The notes: generated from the sequence alone by a model not told the origin. A DNA stretch of 64,000 nt from Candidatus Algichlamydia australiensis (GCA_033977065.1 JAXCHI010000002.1:1-64000), one strand, 5' to 3'. Counted from the first letter of the stretch, positions 38,592 to 49,036 are shown. Numbers and translations are program-made.

Positions 38592-41285
38592 AAGAGGGTG
38601 TTTCTTTAGAATGTAGGAGATAGCCCAATCGGTGAGGGGGTCTCTTTCACTGTTGCAAGCAAATATTGGGTTTAAAGCTCGAGGCAACCGATAAAATAGA
38701 GGGGGGACCCTATATATTTCTTGTGATTTCGATAGCAGTTTTTTAATAATCAGATCTTCCGTATAACCTGTCATTGAATCGGTAAAATACTCTTTCCAAG
38801 CTTCATTCATTTTTTTAATGGAGTCGACAGAGTATTTATCTAGAGAGATATCTTTTTTTTGAAAGACAGTAATTGGATCCCAATTTTGAATTGCACTTTC
38901 TAGAGGACCGTATAGGTGTGCATAAGGATCTGGTAGATCATCATGAAATTCACCTAAATGACCTGCCATTTCACTATTTTCTATTGAACAAATATTTTTT
39001 AGAATCGATAAAATTTTATCGTTTTCAAAATTTAGATCCTCTTCGTAGGTGATTCTTCTTAACTCCTGAATTCGATCATTTTGAGGATTTATGTCCCTCA
39101 TTAAAAATCGGGCGCATTGTTCAGCTGCGCCATTATGATCCTCTATGTCTTCTTTGCAAGAGGTTAAAAAATCACAGGCAATTTTGTTTTTTTCGGCGAT
39201 TTTCTCTTCTAAGAGATTTTTCTCTTCTAGTTGTATTGATTCATTTAAGAGAGATTTTTCTTCGGAAAAAGTTGAAATCGAATGGGGGATATCCCAGATT
39301 TCTAGCTCTTCTTCACAATTCAAAAGATTTTTCAATTCCCTCTTTAAGTGTTCAATAGATTCGTCATGTCCAATCAGACTCTTTGATAAAAGATGTCGGC
39401 AACATTGCATTGCAGTGGTAGCTACTTCTCGATAAGCTAAAATCGAATTTCTAGCAGAGCCAATAAAAGTTCCTGATGAAACAAGAAAAACAGACTTTGG
39501 AACTTTGCTGTTTCTTTTGTATTTAACCTTTGCAGATGTATCAAGAGGGTGATTGCTGACATGCAAAAGAAATTGTTTTCCAGCAATAGCTCCTTGCGGA
39601 ACCAGGGGCATTTTATCTATTGCCTCTTTAAAAGACCAAATACCTAATTCTACGCTAAGAAGCATGATATAATTCGCTGCGATTGAGGCGGTGTCATAAG
39701 CAGGTTCTTTACCTAAAATAAGAATGACCAAAAAGGGTAGGAGTGGCTTATAATCTTCTCCGCAATCTTCTCCTTGATAGAGCTTAAGAAGAGACTTGGC
39801 AAGAAAGGCATCTGTCGTTTTGCGTAATTTTTTAAGTTCGTCCCATTTGGATAAAATAGATATATCATTATTCTTACCCTTGCGGTAGGGCAAATCTTCT
39901 CTCTTTTGTGATGTTTCTGATGGACAATATACACGTCGACTGATATCCCCACTTTTTCCAATCTTTAATACTTCTTTAATTTGTGTTCCTTGAATGTTCC
40001 AATTGATTTCTTTTTCGTAGAGCTCTTTTATCAAGGAAGAAGAATTGGCATTGATTTTAGTTTTAGAGTAAGTACATATGAAATTGAAGATATCTATTTT
40101 AAATTCATCGAATAGATTCTTTAAATGATCTATGTTATCCATAGCTCGAAAGAATCGGGATTGGGCATCAATTTTTTTTGTTTCTTCTTCAAATTGTTTT
40201 TCGGTTTTAAGGCCTTCCTCTAATTTTTCGATTTCCTTAAGATCTAGATCATATTTTGTTTTGATATCAGTTACGCTATAATTGGCATCTTTTTCAAAAT
40301 TTTCTAAGATCGGAATGATATACTTATAGTTTATTGCGCCAGCAATAAGATTTTCTCTAAGATCATTAGGGATTTCAGCATTTGGTGATGTATTTCTTAA
40401 CTCTTTTAAAATACTACAAACAATTTCTTTTGTCTTTTCGTATATTTTTTTACTAATTTCTATTTCTTTTTCGAAGTTTAGCAATTCATTGTCTGCGATA
40501 GGATTTGACGGCTCTAGAAATATGAGATTATTTAGTTTGAGTTTCTTAGATTTAAGTCCAGGAAGGTACTCGCCTGTTTTTAGATTCAACAAAGGGCGAA
40601 GCTTTTTGCTATTATTATTTTCTTTAAAGGCAAGGCAGGTGATAAGAAGTTCCGCATCATCTACGGATATTTTATTTTCAGTCATTTTTGACAAAAGTAA
40701 CGGGTCGAGAAACTTTGTATTCGTCAAAAATAGTCGCAAGTGGTTCATATTATCAGGATCTTCTGGGCATATTTTTTTTGATAAGTAATGCTCGGCATGG
40801 CTCATAATATAGGAATTGAAGTTTGCAAGATCACGTGCAGAGTTGACATCGAACGATAATTTGCCTTCAATTTTGTTTGTGTCTGTTTTGTTTGTGTCTG
40901 CGGACTCGATCAGTAGCTTTTGTCCATACGAAAAAAGTTGAGAGAAGTGAACAATAGATCTATTTAATTTTTCTATGTATGGTAATTTTTTTTGTAATTC
41001 AAAGAGTGATTCCACATAAGGAGAGCGAGCCCATCTCACAAAGGTTTGGATAAAATGATCACCATATTCTGGGAAAGGTAGGTTATTAAACTCGGCTAAT
41101 TCAGCCCCTTCTTCAAGAGAGGAAGTGCTTCTCGAAGCATGGATCGTTTGAGCTTCTTCAGAGGATTTGCGAAGAGTTTCAGAGCACAAAGAATTTATTT
41201 TGCTAACAGTCTCATTTTTTGGAGTAGAAAAAGAAGTTGAGCTGGCTGCTTGTGAACTTCTAGAACCTGTTAATTGTACATCCAT
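38568..41285 (-). CDS. Orphan 905-aa protein with a Ser/Thr-rich N-terminus (candidate secreted effector)
   Basis: Long AT-rich ORF starting MDVQLTGSRSSQAASSTSFS, with coiled-coil segments and a 15-bp tandem duplication at 40871-40900. Confidence 0.65.
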   Translation of the reverse strand: MDVQLTGSRSSQAASSTSFSTPKNETVSKINSLCSETLRKSSEEAQTIHASRSTSSLEEGAELAEFNNLPFPEYGDHFIQTFVRWARSPYVESLFELQKKLPYIEKLNRSIVHFSQLFSYGQKLLIESADTNKTDTNKIEGKLSFDVNSARDLANFNSYIMSHAEHYLSKKICPEDPDNMNHLRLFLTNTKFLDPLLLSKMTENKISVDDAELLITCLAFKENNNSKKLRPLLNLKTGEYLPGLKSKKLKLNNLIFLEPSNPIADNELLNFEKEIEISKKIYEKTKEIVCSILKELRNTSPNAEIPNDLRENLIAGAINYKYIIPILENFEKDANYSVTDIKTKYDLDLKEIEKLEEGLKTEKQFEEETKKIDAQSRFFRAMDNIDHLKNLFDEFKIDIFNFICTYSKTKINANSSSLIKELYEKEINWNIQGTQIKEVLKIGKSGDISRRVYCPSETSQKREDLPYRKGKNNDISILSKWDELKKLRKTTDAFLAKSLLKLYQGEDCGEDYKPLLPFLVILILGKEPAYDTASIAANYIMLLSVELGIWSFKEAIDKMPLVPQGAIAGKQFLLHVSNHPLDTSAKVKYKRNSKVPKSVFLVSSGTFIGSARNSILAYREVATTAMQCCRHLLSKSLIGHDESIEHLKRELKNLLNCEEELEIWDIPHSISTFSEEKSLLNESIQLEEKNLLEEKIAEKNKIACDFLTSCKEDIEDHNGAAEQCARFLMRDINPQNDRIQELRRITYEEDLNFENDKILSILKNICSIENSEMAGHLGEFHDDLPDPYAHLYGPLESAIQNWDPITVFQKKDISLDKYSVDSIKKMNEAWKEYFTDSMTGYTEDLIIKKLLSKSQEIYRVPPLFYRLPRALNPIFACNSERDPLTDWAISYILKKHPLSASDIET

Positions 41286-41362
41286 CCTAATCCTATAAAA
41301 GGTTTATGAGGAAGACTATAAATAATTCAACTTTAATATTCAATTGAATTAAAAATTTGTTT

Positions 41363-42721
41363 TTAGGCCTCAATATTACGGCGCGCCATCTGAATCTGGC
41401 GAGCTAACTTCTCATCTTTTTCGAGTAACCCGCGGACCTTTTTCCATGCATGCAGAAGGGTAGAGTGGGTTTTTCCACCAAAGGCGCTGGCTATTTTGAT
41501 GAGAGGATCGCTTAAAAGTTCTTTAGCTAAGTACATCGCAATTTGACGCGGAAGGGCGATCTCTTTCGCACGAGATTTTCCGCGAAGTTCGCTCTCGCGT
41601 ACATTGAAAAGGGTGGCAACAGCACGCAAGATGGTATCCGCATTGATATGTTTTTGCGGTGCGTACTGAAACATTTCGCCCAAACTTTTCTCTGCGACCT
41701 CTTCTGTGATATCAAGATCCATTACGCGGCAGTAAGCGGTAAGGCGATTGAGCGCACCTTCGAGCTGGCGCACATTGGTAAAGATATGTTCAGCAATGAA
41801 GAAGGCGACACCTTGTGGGAGGCGCAAACCGCGTGATTCGGCTTTATGTTGCAAGATGGCTACGCGTGTCTCGAGATCGGGCATACCGATATTAGCAACA
41901 AGGCCCCACTCCATGCGGCCGACCATGCGCTCGGAGAGTTTTAATTGGCCAGGGGGTTTATCTGATGTAATGACAATCTGCTTGCCCTGATTGATCAGCG
42001 CTTCAAAAGTGTTGCAGAGCTCCTCTTCAAAATTCATGCGCGATTGCAAAAATTGGATATCATCGACGAGCAGAACATCTAAAGAGCGGTAGAAGCGCTT
42101 CATCTTCTCAATCGACTTGTTTCTTAGTGCATCAACCAAAGCGTTAATAAAGCCTTCAGTCGTAATGCACTGCACTTTTAAATTCTTGTTGTGCTTCAAA
42201 ACTTCATGGCCAATGCCGTGCAAAAGGTGGGTCTTTCCAAGACCAACACCGCCATGTATGAACAATGGATTGTAAGAGCGACCAGGACGCTTAGCAACCC
42301 CCATTGCAGCCGATTTAACAAACTGATTGGCAGGGCCTTCAATGAAGTTTTCAAACAGATAATTGCGGTTGAGATTGGGAGAATGGGTGTTCTTTTTTTC
42401 CTCTTTTTTTGCTGTCTCTTTCTTCTTTTTTGTAGTCTTGATCACAAACTCAATAGCAGGTTCTCCCTCAGATTTTAACGGAAGAAAAGTAGCAAGATCT
42501 TGCTTGTAATTGTCTAGTAAATACTGCTGCACAAAGATGTTGGGAACTTCCAGTGAGACGACTTCATCTGAGATCGAAAGTAGCTTGACCGGTTTGATCC
42601 AGTTTGTGAATTCTGCACTTGAAGAGCGCTCCTTCATAAAGAGGAGAAACTGCTGCCAAGCATTTTCTTGATTTGATTTACTTGGTTCTAAAACAGAAAC
42701 GGGGTTTTCTTTTGCGAGCAT
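41363..42721 (-). CDS. dnaA: Chromosomal replication initiator DnaA
   Basis: [33 protein letters not shown] and domain [21 protein letters not shown]. Probable start M17 of the called ORF. Confidence 0.97.
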   Translation of the reverse strand: MLAKENPVSVLEPSKSNQENAWQQFLLFMKERSSSAEFTNWIKPVKLLSISDEVVSLEVPNIFVQQYLLDNYKQDLATFLPLKSEGEPAIEFVIKTTKKKKETAKKEEKKNTHSPNLNRNYLFENFIEGPANQFVKSAAMGVAKRPGRSYNPLFIHGGVGLGKTHLLHGIGHEVLKHNKNLKVQCITTEGFINALVDALRNKSIEKMKRFYRSLDVLLVDDIQFLQSRMNFEEELCNTFEALINQGKQIVITSDKPPGQLKLSERMVGRMEWGLVANIGMPDLETRVAILQHKAESRGLRLPQGVAFFIAEHIFTNVRQLEGALNRLTAYCRVMDLDITEEVAEKSLGEMFQYAPQKHINADTILRAVATLFNVRESELRGKSRAKEIALPRQIAMYLAKELLSDPLIKIASAFGGKTHSTLLHAWKKVRGLLEKDEKLARQIQMARRNIEA

Positions 42722-42915
42722 AGTCATGATATCTACAGAAATTGGGTTTTTTGAACAATCCTTCCACAAAGATTGTTTCGTCCCTATTCGGCTGAGAATT
42801 TACCAACAAAAAGCCAAACTCGCAAGCTTTTTCTGCCAAATTTTTGTTGCGCTTAAGGGGGAGTTAAGAGGGGATAAATTTTCCAAAAAAAACACGAAAT
42901 GATAACGTTTCTCTG

Positions 42916-44754
42916 ATGGATGTAAGTATCAATGAATTGCTCACACGTTTGCAGTCATGCGATGAATCTTGTCATATTGAAGCAAAGGAATCTCGCAGCG
43001 CATTAGGCAAAAGCGCAAGAGAAACAATTTCTGCGTTTTGCAACGAACCTGATTTAGGTGGGGGGTATTTAATTTTGGGATCAAAACGCATTGATCAACG
43101 CTATGTCATAACAGGCATACAAAATCCTGACAAAGTGCAATGTGAACTTGCAAATGCTTGTAGGCAAGAGTTTAGTGTTAGGCTTTCTCCTAAAATTCGA
43201 GTTGAACAGGTAAATGGGAAAACTCTTATTGTTGCCTACATCCCTGAAGCCTGTTCTCGTGAAAAGCCGGTCTATATTAAAAGTTTTGGATTAGAAAAAG
43301 GTTCTTTTAGGCGGATTGGTTCAGCAGATCATCGCTGCACTTCTCACGATTTAGACTTACTATTCCAACTGCGAAGCAATATACCTTATGAAAAAGAGCT
43401 ATTGCCGGATGGAACTTGGGAAGATATTGATTCCGATGCCATCTCAACCTATCGTAGGAAGCGAAAAGAGGTGGATCCAGAGGCAGCAGAGCTTGCTCTT
43501 GATGATCAAGAATTGCTCGCCTCTCTACGCTGTCTTGTTCGTGATGGGAGAGCTTATATACCGAACATTGCGGGCCTTTTGCTATTTGGGACCAAAAGGG
43601 CTCTGCGTCGCATGATGCCTTCCGAAGCGCGGGTAGATTATGTCATTACTGGAGGACCTGAATGGGTAGGAAATCCTTCAGCACGTCACTTTTCCATTGA
43701 CTATCGGGAATCGCTTATAACACTATTGCCCAAGTTACATGCAGAGATTATGGGAGATCTCCCAAAACTTTTTGGTTTAAAAACAGGTGAACTACAACGA
43801 ACAGACACACCAATCATTCCAGGGAATGTCATTCGAGAAGCACTGTCAAATGCTATGATGCATCGAGATTACCGAGTCGCACAACCTACCCTTGTCATTC
43901 GCTATTCGAATCGACTTGAATTGAAAAATGCGGGGTATTCTCTCAAACCTTTTGAAGAGCTAGGACAATCAGGTTCTAGGCAAAGAAATCCGATAATTGC
44001 TTCCGTTTTTCATGAGTTGAAATATGCTGAAAATAAAGGAACAGGCATTGCTTCCATAAAAACTTGGATGAAAGAGGCGGGATTAACAACCCCACCAATT
44101 ATTGAAACAAATCGTGAAAGTAACGAATTTGACCTTGTGCTTCTTCCCCACCATCTTGTTGATAAACAAGATCTTGAATGGTTAACACAATTTGCCAAAG
44201 TGAAATTATCAGATGCTGAAAGACGCGCACTGGTGTTAACGCGAGAGATGGGAGCGATTACAAATCAAGATTATCGCCAGATTAATGGGATGGATACACT
44301 TGGGGCGAGCAAAGCTCTTGTTCACCTGCGCGATTTAGAGCTTCTTACAATGAAAGGTTCGGGCAATCGTACCTACTATATACTCTCTAATTTAGGTCGA
44401 ACCCCTCATATAAGCGCTATAAATGAGGGGTTAACCCCTCATATAAGCGCTATAAATGAGGGGTTCAAAGCATTACCTGAGGGGTTCCCTCCACTAAGTA
44501 AAGAGTTGATAAATGAACTTAAGTCTTTAAAAACTCGTACATCTCCTGAAAAGGTTAGAAGGTTAATTAAAGCGCTCTGCTCAATACAAGCTCTACAGCT
44601 TGCTCACTTATCTAAAATTTTTGATCGAGCTCCTCGTTATTTAAGAGATAAATTTTTAACTAAGATGATCAAGGCAGGTGAATTATCCTATAAATATCCC
44701 GATCAACCCGCTCATCCCAAACAAGCATATATCACACAAAATGAAGGTGAATGA
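42916..44754 (+). CDS. Schlafen/AlbA_2 + HATPase_c_4 (RecG-C-like) + wHTH protein, copy 1
   Basis: IEAK, ETISAFCN..GGYLILG, REALSNAMMHRDY, RNPIIA, AENKGTG, and C-terminal HTHs ending YPDQPAHPKQAY. Confidence 0.85.
   Translation: MDVSINELLTRLQSCDESCHIEAKESRSALGKSARETISAFCNEPDLGGGYLILGSKRIDQRYVITGIQNPDKVQCELANACRQEFSVRLSPKIRVEQVNGKTLIVAYIPEACSREKPVYIKSFGLEKGSFRRIGSADHRCTSHDLDLLFQLRSNIPYEKELLPDGTWEDIDSDAISTYRRKRKEVDPEAAELALDDQELLASLRCLVRDGRAYIPNIAGLLLFGTKRALRRMMPSEARVDYVITGGPEWVGNPSARHFSIDYRESLITLLPKLHAEIMGDLPKLFGLKTGELQRTDTPIIPGNVIREALSNAMMHRDYRVAQPTLVIRYSNRLELKNAGYSLKPFEELGQSGSRQRNPIIASVFHELKYAENKGTGIASIKTWMKEAGLTTPPIIETNRESNEFDLVLLPHHLVDKQDLEWLTQFAKVKLSDAERRALVLTREMGAITNQDYRQINGMDTLGASKALVHLRDLELLTMKGSGNRTYYILSNLGRTPHISAINEGLTPHISAINEGFKALPEGFPPLSKELINELKSLKTRTSPEKVRRLIKALCSIQALQLAHLSKIFDRAPRYLRDKFLTKMIKAGELSYKYPDQPAHPKQAYITQNEGE
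44400..44465. repeat. Perfect 2 x 33-bp tandem repeat, each unit palindromic, in a coding linker
   Basis: AACCCCTCAT-ATAAGCGCTATAA-ATGAGGGGTT occurs twice and encodes TPHISAINEG(L/F). Confidence 0.95.
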
Positions 44755-45011
44755 ATGAACTTTGTTCTTCCGGGTTCAGAATTACTTAAGGCAGCTCTTA
44801 TAGAGGAGATAGAAAAACCGCTCACCACTGAAGAGATCAAGGCTGTTGAAGTATTTAAGGAAACATCGCAAGCTTGTTCTCAAGCGTTGCATCAACAAGT
44901 GGGTGGAAAACCAATTACGCAAGCCGAAGTTATTGAAAAACTTGCATCTCACTTTGCCTCTAGAGGTTTTTCCGAAACACCCAATAATCAGTATTTAAGA
45001 GCTTGCTTGAG

Positions 45012-46420
45012 GATAAAGCAACACTTTGTCTGTAAAATTTGAAATCTGTTTCTCTTAAGGTGTTTTTTTACACCCTATTTTTGCCCGTTCAGCCATCTGC
45101 CTGCTCCCAGCTATCTAGGGGCTTCTCGCAGGCAGCTGACTTCTCTTGAGGCTTATTTTAGCCTAGATATTTCCTCCCACTTACCCATCCTTCATGGATT
45201 TCCACTACTACTGCTGTTGTCAATCTCAGTAGTGATTCTGTGTTCGGAAATACTCCTATTACTCTTGCTCTCCTTCGGAGTTCCCTATTTAATCTCTCCG
45301 ACAAATTGTTTGTTCTCAGCTTTTTTCTCTCTCTTTTTGGATGCTCATAGTGCGTCAGCCCTTCTTCAAAATTCTCCTCTAGCCAAACGCTAAATTCTGA
45401 CGCTCTCATTTCGTACTTCTTTACTACTCTTTGCAGGCGCTCTCTTGCTTCTTCTTTGCTTGCCGCTAGGTAGATATCTCTTACATCATCTGCTATTTCT
45501 CCTCTCATTTGATTCGATTTCGCGTAATGTTGCGCGTTTTGCGTTAAGTGAAATAGGCATCTTTGCCATTTCACGGATGGCAATACTGCCTCTCTTGCTT
45601 TTGAGAGTCCTGTGTGGGCGTCACTGATGATCAGTTCTACTCCGCATAAACCTCTCTTTAAGAGCTTTTCTAAAAAACTCCTCCAGTGTACTTCTGCTTC
45701 TGATAGGCTACAGGATATTCCCACTACCTCTCTGTAGCCCTCTTCATTCACTCCTATTGCTGTTAGTATTGCTACACTGCGGACGCATCCATCTACTCGT
45801 GCTTTTTCATATGTAGCATCCAGATAAAGGTACTTGATTTTACCAAGTGGTCGATCTCTAAATTTTTTTAGCTCTTCGTCTAGCAGAGCAGTTAGCCTCG
45901 AAACCTGGCTTGAGCTCACCTCATGATCGCATAGCTTATCTGTGATCTTTTTTACTTTTCTTGTTGATACTCCTTTGATATACATCTCTGCTATTGCCAA
46001 TTGGAGCGCTCTTTCTGAGCGCATTCCTTTCTCTAAACAACTTGGATAAAAAGGCTCATCTCGTGTCTTTGGGACTTGCAAATGCAGTTTTCCACACCGC
46101 ATTTGCAGCGTTTTATTCTTAAATCCGTTAGCATAGCCTTTACGTTGCTCACTCCTTTCATACGGAGCTGCTTGCAGAACTTGATTTCGCTCTATGAGCA
46201 TAAGCTCATTGAGTAGCTTTTCTAAAGTGGGTGTGAGACACTCTAGCCCGCTCATAGCAAGTTCGTGTAATATCTCTGCTACCAGAGGTGAAAGTGTTTG
46301 GTTTGAGATCATTTGATTTTCCTTTTGTTTGTTCAACTTAAGAGAATCTGATCTCAAACCTTTTTTTTCAACCCCGAGTTTCCTCGGAATTTGAATTTAC
46401 AGACCTAATGTTACACTACC
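45012..46420 (-). mobile_element. Complete IS256-family insertion sequence (1409 bp)
   Basis: Imperfect ~28-bp IRs GATAAAGCAACACTTTGTCTGTAAAATT and GGTAGTGTAACATTAGGTCTGTAAATTC. 8-bp TSD TGCTTGAG at 45004-45011 and 46421-46428. Confidence 0.95.
45158..46357 (-). CDS. IS256/Mutator DDE transposase (probable start ATG at 46312)
   Basis: EMYIKGVSTRKV, YLYLDA (D), IISDAH (D), QRCLFH and RTNNLSERLN (E). Confidence 0.96.
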   Translation of the reverse strand: MRSDSLKLNKQKENQMISNQTLSPLVAEILHELAMSGLECLTPTLEKLLNELMLIERNQVLQAAPYERSEQRKGYANGFKNKTLQMRCGKLHLQVPKTRDEPFYPSCLEKGMRSERALQLAIAEMYIKGVSTRKVKKITDKLCDHEVSSSQVSRLTALLDEELKKFRDRPLGKIKYLYLDATYEKARVDGCVRSVAILTAIGVNEEGYREVVGISCSLSEAEVHWRSFLEKLLKRGLCGVELIISDAHTGLSKAREAVLPSVKWQRCLFHLTQNAQHYAKSNQMRGEIADDVRDIYLAASKEEARERLQRVVKKYEMRASEFSVWLEENFEEGLTHYEHPKRERKKLRTNNLSERLNRELRRRARVIGVFPNTESLLRLTTAVVVEIHEGWVSGRKYLG

Positions 46421-46505
46421 TGCTTGAGGCTGTTTCTATATCAAATTAAAGTAAAAATAGGACCAGAACAACGATTTATTCTGATTTCAAGAGTTATTTC
46501 TGCAT

Positions 46506-47396
46506 TCAGTCAGGTGTCTCAAAAGAGCTGTTGCTAGTGATTGCATTGCCAACATTTTTTTTGTCGGGAATAAAAGAAGAGATAGCAAGCCCTGTAGTGT
46601 AAGCAAAAAAGAGACTTACAAGGATTCGATCGATGTGCGGTATTTTGCTGCAGTTGAAAACAAAAAAATTAAAGAGGAAATGTGAAAGGATCGGGCAAGC
46701 TAAGCTATCATAAGTTTCATACTGGATAGACATTGCATTTGCAAAAAGGATGATGATAAGGCATTGCGGTAAGGCGGTTGTTCTCTTATCCGCTTTATGA
46801 TTAAGAATATGAGCAAATCCAAAAACTAGAGAAGTGGTTAAGCAACGAAATGAAGGCGAGAGTAAATAAGAATCTTTTCCATAGCCTTCAGGGATTTTTT
46901 CTTTGAGGCTTTCTTGGAGATAGTGCAGGCCCCTTTGGAAAGTAAAACGGAAAATAACTTCTTCTGCAATTGCTATCATAACATAAGTGCTTATGCTTTT
47001 TGGTAATAGGTTACAGATGGGGTAAATTAGCTCTTTCAATCCATCATTAATTCGTATAAAAGAGGTGGTAGAATAAATGAGTGGTTGAAAATTATTAATC
47101 CGTTTATCAAGGCTCGATCCAATAATGAATTTTTTCACTGGAAGCGAAAAAATTGAGCACATTGTTAGATATTTTATTGATGACAGAAAAGAATAGCCCC
47201 CTTTTGCGTAAAAGGAGGTCGATTTTGCTTCTACTCGTTCTTTTTCAAGTTGTTTATTGCTTAAGGTATGGAAGATCGAGTTCCCAAAAACCACGCTCTT
47301 TAGACGCTCTATAGATTTTTCTTGAGAAGAGGGAAAAAGTGCTTCTGAACAGTTTTTTGCAATCTTTTGTAATTTTATTGAGGGGATTTCTAACAT
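46506..47396 (-). CDS. CPBP (Abi/CAAX) family intramembrane glutamic endopeptidase
   Basis: EEVIFR, FGFAH and HFLFN motifs, with multiple TM helices. Confidence 0.85.
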   Translation of the reverse strand: MLEIPSIKLQKIAKNCSEALFPSSQEKSIERLKSVVFGNSIFHTLSNKQLEKERVEAKSTSFYAKGGYSFLSSIKYLTMCSIFSLPVKKFIIGSSLDKRINNFQPLIYSTTSFIRINDGLKELIYPICNLLPKSISTYVMIAIAEEVIFRFTFQRGLHYLQESLKEKIPEGYGKDSYLLSPSFRCLTTSLVFGFAHILNHKADKRTTALPQCLIIILFANAMSIQYETYDSLACPILSHFLFNFFVFNCSKIPHIDRILVSLFFAYTTGLAISSFIPDKKNVGNAITSNSSFETPD

Positions 47397-47449
47397 CTTG
47401 CAAAAATTATATCAGAAGAAATCTTTAATTAAAATTGGTATTAAAAAAT

Positions 47450-47842
47450 TTATGAATACGCTTCAATCAGAGCGGAAGCTTGGTTGGCAACGCTTGTATC
47501 TTCGTTTTGGGAGAGGGCGCTAGCAGCTTGTAGAGCTTGGTCGCGGTAGCCGAGAGAGAAGAGCGTTTTGACGCGGTTGAGCTGGGTGGGTACGTGATTG
47601 GGATCAAGCTCTAAGGCGCGTTCCAAAGTTTTGAGGGCGGCCATGTTGTCTCCCATTTGGAGGTAAAGGGCGCCGAGAGTCTGATGATCATAGGCGCTAT
47701 CGGGATGGAGGACGATGAGCGCTTCAAAAAAGGTAAGGGCAATTTTGTACTGTCCCTCCTTTATATAAGAGTAGCCGACGTAGCGTATGTCTTCTAAATT
47801 CTCCTCGTTCCAGCCGAGTAGTTCCATCCAATTGCGCGTCAC
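47450..47842 (-). CDS. TPR chaperone-like protein (chlamydial CT274-like, SycD/LcrH fold)
   Basis: Three TPR-like repeats, RYVGYSYIKEGQY and conserved synteny between dnaA and rsmH. Confidence 0.8.
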   Translation of the reverse strand: MTRNWMELLGWNEENLEDIRYVGYSYIKEGQYKIALTFFEALIVLHPDSAYDHQTLGALYLQMGDNMAALKTLERALELDPNHVPTQLNRVKTLFSLGYRDQALQAASALSQNEDTSVANQASALIEAYS

Positions 47843-47849
47843 AAAAATT

Positions 47850-48308
47850 TTATCCTTTTTTAAATTGGTTCATACTACCTGTGATATCACCTAAGACGGC
47901 TGTAAGGTTGCTTAAGGTGGAGAGGAAAGAGATGAGTTTCCCACTCTGCCTGTTCTCTGGCTCAGTTAGGTTTTGGAGCGATTCCAATTTTTCTTTATGA
48001 GAAGTCAACCGGTCACTATTTCCAAGCGAGGGAATAATGAAGTAACTGGTGAAGATTCCTCTCTGCCTAGTATAGCCTTTTGGGGGATAAAAATCAGGAA
48101 AGGGTTTATTGCGATTCGCAGATCCGGTCAAGACGCTCGATTGGGTCGGATAAGCGGGGGCGGTGACGTCAACTCTCGCTCGCCCTGCAATTTGAGGAGC
48201 TTCGCGTAGATTTACGCCTTCGCTCTCCATATCTTGTGCGCGTCGGGTGGAGGTTTCAACGGGCAGGTTATCAATTGTATTGTAATTGGTGAAATCTTCT
48301 GGAATCAT
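47850..48308 (-). CDS. Conserved chlamydial hypothetical protein (CT273-like)
   Basis: TIDNL..ETS.R.A, F.PPKGY, IPSLG and a C-terminal QFKKG, plus synteny. Confidence 0.7.
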   Translation of the reverse strand: MIPEDFTNYNTIDNLPVETSTRRAQDMESEGVNLREAPQIAGRARVDVTAPAYPTQSSVLTGSANRNKPFPDFYPPKGYTRQRGIFTSYFIIPSLGNSDRLTSHKEKLESLQNLTEPENRQSGKLISFLSTLSNLTAVLGDITGSMNQFKKG

Positions 48309-48364
48309 GTGTTTATACTTTTTTCTTTAGATATAAAGTATTTTCTTTAGATTCGGCAGAAAAA

Positions 48365-48514
48365 GTTTTCCCACTTTTTCCCACATATCTATCTTCTTTT
48401 AAATGAAGGGTTTGTAAAGTTTATAAACGGGTTTATGAACGCTTTTGTCGACAGTTTGTGGGAAAATCATTTGCAAAATTGGGGTTTGATCGCTACCATG
48501 TGGAATTAAGTGGG
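48365..48514 (+). promoter_or_regulatory. mraZ/dcw promoter with MraZ-type GTGG(G) repeats
   Basis: TTGCAA(48471)-N17-TACCAT(48494). GTGG at 48500 and 48510 (10-bp period) and at 48458, with an inverted pair at 48365-48384. Confidence 0.7.
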
Positions 48515-48520
48515 AATGAA

Positions 48521-49036
48521 ATGAATAATCAGCACTTTTTTAGTGGATCACATGAGTCTAAGCTCGACGAGAAGGGTCGCTTTGTTTTGCCGCAGGCAAT
48601 GCGTTACGGCTTGGTGGAAGAGGGCAAGCTAGAGTTTGTCATCGGTCTTGGCTTGGGCGGTTGTTTAGCGATCTATCGCAAAAGCGAAATCGCTTCTCTT
48701 GTTGAAAAGTTCCGTGCAAAGATGCACATTGCCAAGTTTCAGAAGTTTTTTACGATTTTCTTTTCTACGCTGCACCACACGACTTGCGATAAGGTTGGCC
48801 GTGTAGGTATTCCCCCGATTTTGAAAAAAGCGATCGGCTTTGATAAGGAGATCGTTGTCGCTGGAGTTCTCGATAAGATTGAGCTCTGGCCGAAAGAGAA
48901 ATATATGAGCGAGCTAGAAGATTTCCTAGGTGGTGAGAATCCACAGGAGCTCTTAAAAGATCTCTTGGATGAGTCGTTTGCTCAATTAAATGAGAAAGAA
49001 GATGCCCCGAAAGAAGAAGAACTCCTGCCCCTCTGA
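48521..49036 (+). CDS. mraZ: Division/cell-wall cluster repressor MraZ
   Basis: FSGSHESKLDEKGRFVLP, CDKVGRVGIP and GVLDKIELW. The ATG at 48521 lies downstream of the promoter. Confidence 0.93.
   Translation: MNNQHFFSGSHESKLDEKGRFVLPQAMRYGLVEEGKLEFVIGLGLGGCLAIYRKSEIASLVEKFRAKMHIAKFQKFFTIFFSTLHHTTCDKVGRVGIPPILKKAIGFDKEIVVAGVLDKIELWPKEKYMSELEDFLGGENPQELLKDLLDESFAQLNEKEDAPKEEELLPL

Larger units (their letters stand above)
44755..46537 (+). pseudogene. Small hypothetical gene interrupted by the IS256 element
   Basis: Removing the IS plus one TSD restores a 121-aa ORF ending ..YLRACLRLFLYQIKVKIGPEQRFILISRVISAFSQVSQKSCC*. Confidence 0.7.

Noticed and set aside
42722..42915. oriC / DnaA-box cluster upstream of dnaA
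   Set aside because: No clear TTATCCACA matches or AT-rich 13-mer repeats were seen.
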